A stretch of DNA of 64,000 bases from Candidatus Latescibacterota bacterium (lineage in GTDB: Bacteria > Latescibacterota > UBA2968 > UBA8231), in assembly GCA_965248265.1 (NCBI GenBank), contig CBDFJF010000002.1, forward strand, positions 32,001-96,000, in the 5' to 3' direction. Positions 9,013-17,200 of this stretch are shown here, in pieces. The notes beneath the pieces were generated by a model, which worked only from the letters and a program-made list of their open reading frames with translations, did not search any database and had not been told where the DNA came from. Positions within the stretch are counted from its first letter, which is position 1. Each line of letters begins with the position of its first letter. Made by a program: the position numbers and the translations under genes.

Positions 9013-10376
9013 ACGAGGGTCAACCGAAAGCAGTCGGCGCCACCCTGACGGAGGGTCCTGTCGCGCGCGTGCTGGCCGGGCTGGCGGGGCCGATGGTCAT
9101 CGGCATGTTTTCCGTCGTCGCCTTTAACCTGACGGACACCTACTTCGTGGCTAGGCTCGGTACCCGTGAGCTGGCCGCCATCAGTTTCACGTTTCCAGTC
9201 GTCTCCGTCATGTTCGGTATTGCCATGGGCCTGGGTACCGGGACGATTTCGGTGGTGTCGCGGGCCATCGGCAGCGGCGACCAGGACAGGGTGCGGCGGA
9301 TCTCCTCTGACAGTCTGATGCTCTCATTGCTGACTGTGCTGGCGGCAGCGGCCATCGGTATGCTGACGATCGATCCATTGTTCCGGGCATTGGGCGCCGG
9401 CGACGACGTGCTGCCTCTGATACGTCAGTACATGACCATCTGGTATCCGGGTATGGTGTTCCTGGTCATGCCGATGGTGGCCAATGCATCGATCAGGGCT
9501 TCCGGCGACACCAAACTGCCGGCGTTCATCATGACGTCCGGCACCCTCGTCAACATGGTGCTGGATCCGCTGTTGATCTTCGGCCTGTGGGGCTTTCCCC
9601 GATGGGAGTTGAAGGGGGCGGCTGTCGCTACCGTGATAGCTCGCGTGCTGATTTTGATAGCGTCGTTGACGATCCTCCACTTCCACAAGAGGATGCTTGA
9701 CTTCAGGCCGCCGGGCCTGCGTCAACTGCTGGATTCGTGGCGCCAGATTACCACCCTGGCCATCGCCGCCTCAGCCACCAACATGATGCCTTCGGTTGCC
9801 GTGGCCTTCGTAACCAGGCTCATCGCCGAATTCGGTGCCGGCGCCGTGGCCGCCTGGGGCGCCGGTTCCCGGGTGTCGCACTTCGTGCTGATTCCGGTGT
9901 ACGCTCTGGGCTCGGGTCTGGTGCCGTTCGTGGGTCAGAACTGGGGAGCTGAGCGCTACGACCGGGTGCGCCTGGCACGGCGTTACGCTTACCGCTTCGT
10001 CTTTCTGTGGGGAGCCGCCATGGTCGTCCTCCTGCACCTGGGTGCGGAGTCGATCGCCGTGCATTTCAGTACTGACGCCGAGGTGGTCAACAACATCGTG
10101 CGGTACTTGTGGATCGTCCCCCTCGGGTTCGGCATGATGGGGGTCTTCTTCATGACCGAGGAAACCCTCAATGCGATCGGACGGCCGGCTGTCGCCACGC
10201 TCACGACAGCCATTCACATGTTCCTCCTCTACGCACCCCTGGCCTACATGGGGACCCGGTGGTGGCAGATGACCGGGCTGTTCTTCGGCGTCGCTGGCGC
10301 CGACATCCTCGCCGGATTCGTCGGTGTCATCACCGTGCACCGGCTGTGTCGCGAGCGGGAGGCGACCTGCATCTGA
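9009..10376 (+). CDS. MATE family efflux transporter
   Basis: LTEGPV, NLTDTYFVARLG, RASGDTKLP, LDPLLIFG, VGQNWGA; about 12 TM segments; overlaps the ATP-grasp stop. Confidence 0.92.
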   Translation: MNEGQPKAVGATLTEGPVARVLAGLAGPMVIGMFSVVAFNLTDTYFVARLGTRELAAISFTFPVVSVMFGIAMGLGTGTISVVSRAIGSGDQDRVRRISSDSLMLSLLTVLAAAAIGMLTIDPLFRALGAGDDVLPLIRQYMTIWYPGMVFLVMPMVANASIRASGDTKLPAFIMTSGTLVNMVLDPLLIFGLWGFPRWELKGAAVATVIARVLILIASLTILHFHKRMLDFRPPGLRQLLDSWRQITTLAIAASATNMMPSVAVAFVTRLIAEFGAGAVAAWGAGSRVSHFVLIPVYALGSGLVPFVGQNWGAERYDRVRLARRYAYRFVFLWGAAMVVLLHLGAESIAVHFSTDAEVVNNIVRYLWIVPLGFGMMGVFFMTEETLNAIGRPAVATLTTAIHMFLLYAPLAYMGTRWWQMTGLFFGVAGADILAGFVGVITVHRLCREREATCI

Positions 10377-10392
10377 ACTCACACCTCGCAGT

Positions 10393-11886
10393 TCATACAA
10401 TGTTGGCAAGAGCAAACTGCTCTTCAGTGGGTTCCGCTCAGCAGTACCACGGTTCCGTCAGGTAGGGAATCGTCGCAGGCACCGGTACATCGTCGATGTA
10501 GCGCGGCGTTTGCAGTCCGAGGGCCTCGTGTGCCAGGGTCCAGATGGCACCGAAGACCTGGCGCCGTGTTGCTGGAGTTCCCTGGTCCTGACAGACGGCT
10601 ACGCAGACGCGTTCGAAGAGGGTGTCCACGTGCGGGTCGGGATGCATCCACGGATAGCCGAGCTCTTCCGCCTCGAACGGTTGGAGGAAGGCGCGGACAT
10701 GCTCCAGCTCGAGCAGGCGTGACCCTTGTGGAACCAGCAGCCGGATGGCCAGCTGCACCGGGGCGACCTGGTCGACGAGGTCCAGCTCGGCCAGCAACTG
10801 CAGCAGCTCCAGGTAGGATGATGGAGTCGTCCACGGCGTAAAGGAGATGAAGGTCGGGTTCAGTACCAAACCCGTGTCCCTGCACAACTGCGCCACGCGG
10901 ACGAAGTCCTCGCGCGTATGTCCCTTGTCAAGGATTCGCAGGACCTCGTCGTCGACGGACTCGACCGCAGAGGTGACGAAGGCGCAGCCGGTTTCGTGCA
11001 GCGCTGACAGGCGGTCATGGTGTTTCAACAAATGCTCGATCTTGATGGTGACGTCGTAGGAGACATCAGGAAATTCGGCATGGAGCTGCTCGACGAGGGC
11101 GAGTCCATGCCCGACGCCATTGAAGAAGTCCGGGTCCCCGAATGTCACGTGGCGTGCCCCAGCCTCGATTTGTTGACGTATATCATCGAGGACGACGTCG
11201 CGCTGGACGACGCGAAAACGGCCGTCATAGACGGGCACGACCGGACAATGCCGGCACCGGTGCTTGCAACCGCGACTGGCCTCGACGTAACCGACGGTCC
11301 GGGTTTTGTCTCCGACGACCAGTTGAGCGTACTCGTGCAGTTGGGGCAGGTCGCTACGGTCGGGGAGCAGAAACTGCTGCTTCTCAATCCAGGTTGAGGT
11401 GATGCCGGCGTGCTCGGCAGTGGCAGGAGACGCCAACCGTTGGCACAGCGCCAGCAGCTCGGTTTCGAATTCGCCTGCCAACAGCGTCTCCACACCCAAT
11501 GCCCTCAAATGACTCGTGTTGACGACCGCGTAGAGACCGAAGGCGCAGATGTGGGCCGTCGGATTGAGCTCGCGGACTTGCCTGATGAGTGGTAGAGCCA
11601 GTCGCGTGGCCGTGTGCATGGGCAGATAGAAACCGATTACGTCGGCGTCCGCGGCCGTGTGCTCTGGCAGTTCGCCTACGGCAAGGTCGACGCAGTTGAC
11701 CTGATGATGCGCGCGGCGCAACCAGGCCGCCGGAGAAGCGAGCCCGAAGGGCTGCCGACCGAGCTCGTAAGTGGAGATCAGGAGGACGTGGAGAGGTCGA
11801 TGGACCTCGAAGGGCAAGGCGATGCTGCTACGGAGACTTGGACTGCTGGTAGTAGGGATTGTCCCCATCGGCATGGTCCGTGACAT
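10393..11886 (-). CDS. CUAEP-tail radical SAM selenoprotein (in-frame UGA at 10440-10438 read as Sec)
   Basis: CKHRCRHC radical SAM motif after a B12-binding-like N-domain. Reading through TGA gives ...IPYLTEPWYC-U-AEPTEEQFALANIV*, the signature tail of the CUAEP/CCAEP family. True start probably near 11817. Confidence 0.88.
10408..10424 (-). promoter_or_regulatory. Bacterial SECIS-like hairpin
   Basis: AAGAGCA-GTT-TGCTCTT: perfect 7-bp stem, loop starting GU, loop 20 nt after the UGA. Confidence 0.75.
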
Positions 11887-12415
11887 CGTAGATCTCTTCG
11901 ATTTCCGGTACCGCTTCCTTGATCATCACCTCGATGCCCTGCTTGAGAGTGACGTCGGCCATGCCGCAACCCTGGCATCCTCCGCCCAGCTGCAGGTAGA
12001 CGGCATTGTCCTTGACATCGATCAGGGACACATGGCCCCCGTGCGAGGCCACGGCCGGGTTGATGCGCTCTTCGATAACCTGCCGGATCTTGTCGACGAC
12101 GGGTCCGGAGATATTGGGTGGGGTCACGCCCGGGCGTTCGACCTTGAAACCGCTACCCATGAGGCCGTCAACGTAATCGACGTTGGCTTCCTCCGCGTTC
12201 GGCAGGCTGTCCGCATCGATATAGACGTTGAAGCCCTCGAACTCGATAACGGTGTCATCGCTGGTGTCCTGATCGTGGGCGATAAAGGCCATCTTGAAGT
12301 CGACCTTTAGAGGCGACACGGCCGTGGCACCCAGGCGAAGCCCCTTGACCTTGGTCTCACTCGAGTCGATCAACTCGATGATCTTTTCGCGGGCTGCTTC
12401 CGTTATCGTGACCAT
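11828..12415 (-). CDS. nfuA: Fe-S cluster carrier NfuA (degenerate A-type domain + NifU-C)
   Basis: MVTITEAA..., INPAVASHGG, GGGCQGCGM, TLKQGIE, DVTDH..G.NPYY. Confidence 0.92.
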   Translation of the reverse strand: MVTITEAAREKIIELIDSSETKVKGLRLGATAVSPLKVDFKMAFIAHDQDTSDDTVIEFEGFNVYIDADSLPNAEEANVDYVDGLMGSGFKVERPGVTPPNISGPVVDKIRQVIEERINPAVASHGGHVSLIDVKDNAVYLQLGGGCQGCGMADVTLKQGIEVMIKEAVPEIEEIYDVTDHADGDNPYYQQSKSP

Positions 12416-12508
12416 ACCGGTATCCTAGGGAATGCTGAGGACGACGACGCGGCTCCGCCGAGTCGTTTCCAGAATGTAGATGTCCCGCACCGTAAGTCAA
12501 TCAGGACG

Positions 12509-12541
12509 CTCAATAACAACTCGATAACAACTCAATAACAA
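12509..12541. repeat. Three tandem 11-bp direct repeats in the divergent nfuA / SGNH-TPR promoter region
   Basis: CTCAATAACAA CTCGATAACAA CTCAATAACAA. Confidence 0.8.
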
Positions 12542-12557
12542 CAGGCTATGTAGCGCA

Positions 12558-14738
12558 TTGGAAAGACGACAGATCACTATCCGTTTGGCCCTGGCAGCAT
12601 CAGGACTGTTGCTGGCAATTGGTGCGGCCGAATTCGCGCTCAGACTCATGGCCGGGTCTGCGGTCGTCCCAGGTGATGCTGCGGTTGAGGCGGCGGTCCC
12701 CACGGATGCCGGTGCTGGCATCATGCATCGGGAAGGGCTGGATGGCACCGGTCTGGGGTGGGTTCCAAGGCCGGGAATCGTGCGCCAGAAATCCGCACCC
12801 GACGGCGATCTCTTCACGATGCGGATCAACTCCAGAGGTATGCGGGGTCCCGAACTGGAGCAGCGACGATCCGGTCATCGGCGGATCCTTTTTCTGGGTG
12901 ACTCCTTCACCATGGCCGGGCAATTGCCGGAAGAGGATACCTTCGTCCATCGGGTCGGCGACCTGCTGCGCATGGATCCTGGGGTCGATGTCGAAGTCGT
13001 CAACGCCGGCATCAATGGCTACAGCACCTACCAGGAAATGGCCCTCTACAAGCGTCACCGGCGAGCACTGCTCCCGGATACTGTTGTCCTGTGTTTCTTC
13101 CTGGGCAACGATTTCCGCGACAACATGGTGCATACTTCCGAAGCGCGTCGTCTGCGAAGAGAGCTTTTGCCTCGAGGGATGCGCTACTTCGACCGCCATC
13201 GGGACCGGTTTCTCTACGGCATCGATGGGGTTCGTCTCACCGATCCACTGTCCGGTCAGCTGCTGCGGGAGCCTTCGCGGTCGTGGCTGGTCTCCCTGAC
13301 GCAGCATTCCTCGCTGGCTCGTCTCCTGATCGCGCGGGTTGCTCTGATTCAGGGACGAATGAGTTCCGACCTGGATCTGCTCGACTCAAATCATCGGTAT
13401 TATTTCTATGAAATCGGTCTGTATCAACAGAAACAAGACGGGCTGTACCAGACGGCGACCGAGATTACCCTGGATTGCATTGACGAACTGGACGTGGCCG
13501 TGAGGGCGGATGGTGGAGAGCTGCTGGTGGCGTTGATCCCCTCACAAAGCCAGGTGGTTCCCGACTACTGGCGCCACACGCTGGATCAACTCGGGCTGGA
13601 GGAGTCGGATTTGGGTTCAGTCGATATGCGTTTCCCCAATCGCCTGCTCACTGAGTTTCTGGATAAGCGGTCGATTCCCGTCGTCGATATGACCGATGAC
13701 TTCGTCAATGCGACCGGTCCCAAAACACTATTTCTAGCAAACGAGGGGGATCGCCATTTCAGCGCCCAGGGACACCGGGTGGCGGCAACGGCGATCGCGA
13801 CGTTGGTGCGCGATCACAGTGCCCGACTGCGGGATCCTGCCGTGGACATGCGCAATCAGGCCAACGCCCTTGTCGCGGCTGGAGATTTTGAGGCCGGCGA
13901 AGAGCTTCTGAAAAACGCGATCGAAGTTTCGCAGGGTTGGCACGCGCCGTACCAGGATCTTGCCGCCGTCTATAGCCGGCTGGGTGCATTGGAAAGAAGC
14001 GTCGCCATGCTGACTGCGGCCGACCGGCTGTCGCCACTGGATCCCGAGTGGTTGCGGAACCTGGCACGTCTGCATCTGGCCATAGGCGACACGGCTCAGG
14101 CCATGGCCCGGTACGATCGCGTGCTGGAACGTGATCCGTCTCATTCGGTGCGTGGCGAGCTCAAACACCTATACAGGGCACTGCGGCAACCGCAAAAGGC
14201 TCGGTTGCTGGATGAAGAGCACGCAAGACTGCAGGCACGAGAGGTCAATCTGCGCCGCAGCCAGGTCGAGCGCACCGCACGAGATCCAATGGCCCACTTC
14301 GCGCACGGCAATTCCCTCGAGACCGCTGGCGACCTGCCCGGTGCTCGCCAGGCTTACGAAAGAGCGCTGGCATTGCGACCGGATTTCGCCGAGGCCGGCG
14401 TCAACCTTGGAGCACTATATGTAGGCGAAGGCCGCCTGGATGAGGCCGCTACGGCGTTCCAGAACGCACTGGAGGCAGACCCGAGCCGGGTGGAAGCGAT
14501 GAACAACCTCGGACTCATCTATCGTGAATGGGGCCGTCTTGAGGAGGCTCGCGAGCTCTACCTGAAGGTGCTAGGACTGCGGCCCAATCTGGCTCAAGCC
14601 CACTTCAACCTGGCTCTCGTCTACCGTGGGTTGGGGCTCAAGGACAAGGCCATCGAGCATTTGACCAAGGCGGTCCGCCTGGATCCGGGGATCAAGGAGC
14701 TGTATGACTTCTCGGCGAAGCCCGCGGGCCGGGACTAG
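12558..14738 (+). CDS. Membrane-anchored SGNH/GDSL hydrolase with C-terminal TPR repeats
   Basis: N-terminal TM; FLGDSFT, NAGINGYST, LGND, DRHF; multiple TPRs (AHFAHGN...ALALRPDFAEAGVNLG). Confidence 0.85.
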   Translation: MERRQITIRLALAASGLLLAIGAAEFALRLMAGSAVVPGDAAVEAAVPTDAGAGIMHREGLDGTGLGWVPRPGIVRQKSAPDGDLFTMRINSRGMRGPELEQRRSGHRRILFLGDSFTMAGQLPEEDTFVHRVGDLLRMDPGVDVEVVNAGINGYSTYQEMALYKRHRRALLPDTVVLCFFLGNDFRDNMVHTSEARRLRRELLPRGMRYFDRHRDRFLYGIDGVRLTDPLSGQLLREPSRSWLVSLTQHSSLARLLIARVALIQGRMSSDLDLLDSNHRYYFYEIGLYQQKQDGLYQTATEITLDCIDELDVAVRADGGELLVALIPSQSQVVPDYWRHTLDQLGLEESDLGSVDMRFPNRLLTEFLDKRSIPVVDMTDDFVNATGPKTLFLANEGDRHFSAQGHRVAATAIATLVRDHSARLRDPAVDMRNQANALVAAGDFEAGEELLKNAIEVSQGWHAPYQDLAAVYSRLGALERSVAMLTAADRLSPLDPEWLRNLARLHLAIGDTAQAMARYDRVLERDPSHSVRGELKHLYRALRQPQKARLLDEEHARLQAREVNLRRSQVERTARDPMAHFAHGNSLETAGDLPGARQAYERALALRPDFAEAGVNLGALYVGEGRLDEAATAFQNALEADPSRVEAMNNLGLIYREWGRLEEARELYLKVLGLRPNLAQAHFNLALVYRGLGLKDKAIEHLTKAVRLDPGIKELYDFSAKPAGRD

Positions 14739-14755
14739 GCCCGTTCACTCGAACT

Positions 14756-15124
14756 TCACTCGATGTCCTGCCCGAAGACGACGTCCACGCCGTTGGGATC
14801 GCGAACGCTGAAGTCCCTGATTCCATAGGGCCGGTCGCCGATCTCAACCGCGATTGCGCCGCCAGCTTCCTTCACTTCGTCGTGCATCGCGTCGGCATTC
14901 TTGACCCATTGAAACAGATGGACCCCGGCGGGCTGTGTGTCACCTTTGACAAAATGGATGGCGGAATTGTCCCGCCATACGACGCAATAGTCGTCGTCCC
15001 CGTAGTCCCACGTAAACCCGAGGATATCACGGTAGAAGGTGGCCGTCGCCTGAACATCGGCCACGTGCAGGACGGGTGTCCCCTGGATGAATTGGGCCGG
15101 TGACGCTGTCGGAGGATTTGGCAT
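14756..15124 (-). CDS. VOC/glyoxalase-bleomycin resistance family protein
   Basis: PVLHVADV...FYRDILGF; PYGIRDFSVRDPNG. Confidence 0.88.
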   Translation of the reverse strand: MPNPPTASPAQFIQGTPVLHVADVQATATFYRDILGFTWDYGDDDYCVVWRDNSAIHFVKGDTQPAGVHLFQWVKNADAMHDEVKEAGGAIAVEIGDRPYGIRDFSVRDPNGVDVVFGQDIE

Positions 15125-15150
15125 AGTATGGCTCCTGGTTGATTGGTCGT

Positions 15151-15705
15151 CTAGAAATCACAGTCATCCGGTAGGGGTTGCTGCGTCGCCAGGTTTGCCG
15201 CGAATCCCGTTGCAGGACTCTCGGCTGTGAAGCCGTCGCTGACCGAACCGTGCAGCGTCTGACCTCCGTACCCGGACGTGTTCATGTGGGCGCGCACCCA
15301 CACGGTCTGCTGCGCCTGGATGTCCACGCCGCCGCCGCTACGCTTGAACGGTTGCTCGGTGACGTGGGAATGCAGGAGTACGCGCCGGTAAACGAGTTCA
15401 CCCTCTTCGCTGACGACTTCCCACCAATCGGCGTACTGATCGCATCCGGTATCCGGACTGGCCACGGTGACGGAGAATATGAAGCTCCCCGGTTCTCCGG
15501 AGGCGCTCACTTCGATGACATCGGCGGGCGTGGCCGCGGGAGTATCCCCGGTGTCATCAGGGCCGGTCGTGCCTGGTGTGCTCGTGGACGATCCGCACGA
15601 GCAGGTGACCAGCAAGGCCCCCAATACCGAGCACAGCATGCGCCGACCTCGGGGCGATAGTGGCTCGAGTGGGGGAGAGTCGAGCACGTGGGTGTTCGTG
15701 CACAT
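15151..15705 (-). CDS. Hypothetical lipoprotein
   Basis: Lipobox-like LLVTCSC; conserved-looking core SPDTGCDQYADWWEV...LLHSHVTEQPF. Start uncertain. Confidence 0.65.
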   Translation of the reverse strand: MCTNTHVLDSPPLEPLSPRGRRMLCSVLGALLVTCSCGSSTSTPGTTGPDDTGDTPAATPADVIEVSASGEPGSFIFSVTVASPDTGCDQYADWWEVVSEEGELVYRRVLLHSHVTEQPFKRSGGGVDIQAQQTVWVRAHMNTSGYGGQTLHGSVSDGFTAESPATGFAANLATQQPLPDDCDF

Positions 15706-15817
15706 GGTCTCAAATGAAAGGCATGAGTCGCCGGGGGCAAGTGGACACACGCAGGGCCATGCGTTTCCTTTTTCGGCTGTTCACTGATGGGACGGTTTCT
15801 TCGGAGGGACTAGAATC

Positions 15818-16621
15818 TTGAAAGCAGCACAACTGACGGCACCAAAAAAGTGGGATCTCGTCGAGGTCGAGAAACCGCAGGCACGTGAAGGCTACATCCT
15901 GGTGCGGATGGAATACGTCGGTTTGTGCGGGTCGGACAGGCCGTTCTTCGAGGGGGTGGCGTCGGCCTATCCGCTCGATCCCGGGGACACCGGTCACGAG
16001 GCCCTGGGAATTGTCGAATCCTGTCCGTCGGGTCGCTTTCAACCGGGACAACGGGTCCTGATCTGGGGACACGATCGCGGTCTCTTCCAGGAGTTTGTAC
16101 TAGCTCAGGAGGGTTTGTGTGTGGGCATGCCCGCAGAAGGTGAGCCGGAAATCATGCTGATGAGTCAGCTCCTCGGCACGGTCATCCACTGCATGCTCAA
16201 GCTCGGTAATGTTATCGGCAAGAAGGTCGTGGTCATGGGGCAGGGTGCCGTGGGCCAGCTGTTCGATGCCACGCTGCGCAACCTGGGAGCACAACAGATC
16301 ATCGCCATCGATCCGCAGGCGCACCGGCTGGAAACAGCGCGGTTGATGGGCGCAACTCATACCATCGACGCCAATCATGAGGATGTGAAGTCCGTCGTCG
16401 CCGAGATCACGGACGGTGATCTCGCCGAGATCGTGACCTCGGTCGGACCCAACCCGCACCACGACTTCGTCATCGCCCACCAATGGATTCGTGAGGGACG
16501 GATCGACGTGCGTCCGATCGTCACCCACGTCATGCCGTTCAAGCAGATCCAGCAAGGCTTCGAGACCGCCTACGAGTGTCCGGAAGAACACGCAGCGGTG
16601 AAGGTCGTGCTCAAATTCTGA
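15818..16621 (+). CDS. Zn-binding dehydrogenase (MDR family), apparently internally shortened
   Basis: GLCGSD, GHE, GQGAVG. Only 267 aa; part of the Rossmann domain seems absent. Confidence 0.7.
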   Translation: MKAAQLTAPKKWDLVEVEKPQAREGYILVRMEYVGLCGSDRPFFEGVASAYPLDPGDTGHEALGIVESCPSGRFQPGQRVLIWGHDRGLFQEFVLAQEGLCVGMPAEGEPEIMLMSQLLGTVIHCMLKLGNVIGKKVVVMGQGAVGQLFDATLRNLGAQQIIAIDPQAHRLETARLMGATHTIDANHEDVKSVVAEITDGDLAEIVTSVGPNPHHDFVIAHQWIREGRIDVRPIVTHVMPFKQIQQGFETAYECPEEHAAVKVVLKF

Positions 16622-16632
16622 AGAGGCAGCAG

Positions 16633-17196
16633 ATGGATACGCTGGGTCGCGGTCAGCTGGCATGGACGGGAGAGCACTGGATCAACTACTTGCGGTTGCC
16701 CGGAGCCGCCGAGGACAGCGGCAAGGTCAGTCTCTATTGCGCTCATCACACGCCTGCCGGCCGCGGTCACGTGGCTACCGTAGAGATCAGTGGAGACCGG
16801 GGTTTTAGCGGACTATGCACGGATAACCCTGATCTGGCATCCTTCATCAATGCCACGATGCTGTCTGGCGAATGCTCATTGCCTCTGGTGGAGGCTTCTT
16901 TCGAGCGAGAGGGCGACATCCGGAAAGAGCCGGTATGGACGATCACAACGGCTGACCGTCAGATCCGCGCCGGCTGGAGCCAGATCGCCTCGCCCTACGT
17001 CGGGCCGCCGACGCTCAACCCCAAGATCATCTTCACGGTCCTGTTCTTCGCGTCCTGGGGCTCGTTGTCCCTGGATGGCACTCCCGTGCCTGGCGAGCCC
17101 TACCAGCGAGAGGTGTGGGCGAGGAATCTTCGTCAACCGCACAGCTCATGTTGCTTCGCGCTGGCGGAAACCATGGTGACTGGACAGGAGTCATGA
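16633..17196 (+). CDS. Hypothetical protein
   Basis: 187-aa ORF with GAGG RBS, directly after the dehydrogenase. Confidence 0.65.
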   Translation: MDTLGRGQLAWTGEHWINYLRLPGAAEDSGKVSLYCAHHTPAGRGHVATVEISGDRGFSGLCTDNPDLASFINATMLSGECSLPLVEASFEREGDIRKEPVWTITTADRQIRAGWSQIASPYVGPPTLNPKIIFTVLFFASWGSLSLDGTPVPGEPYQREVWARNLRQPHSSCCFALAETMVTGQES

Positions 17197-17200
17197 CATG

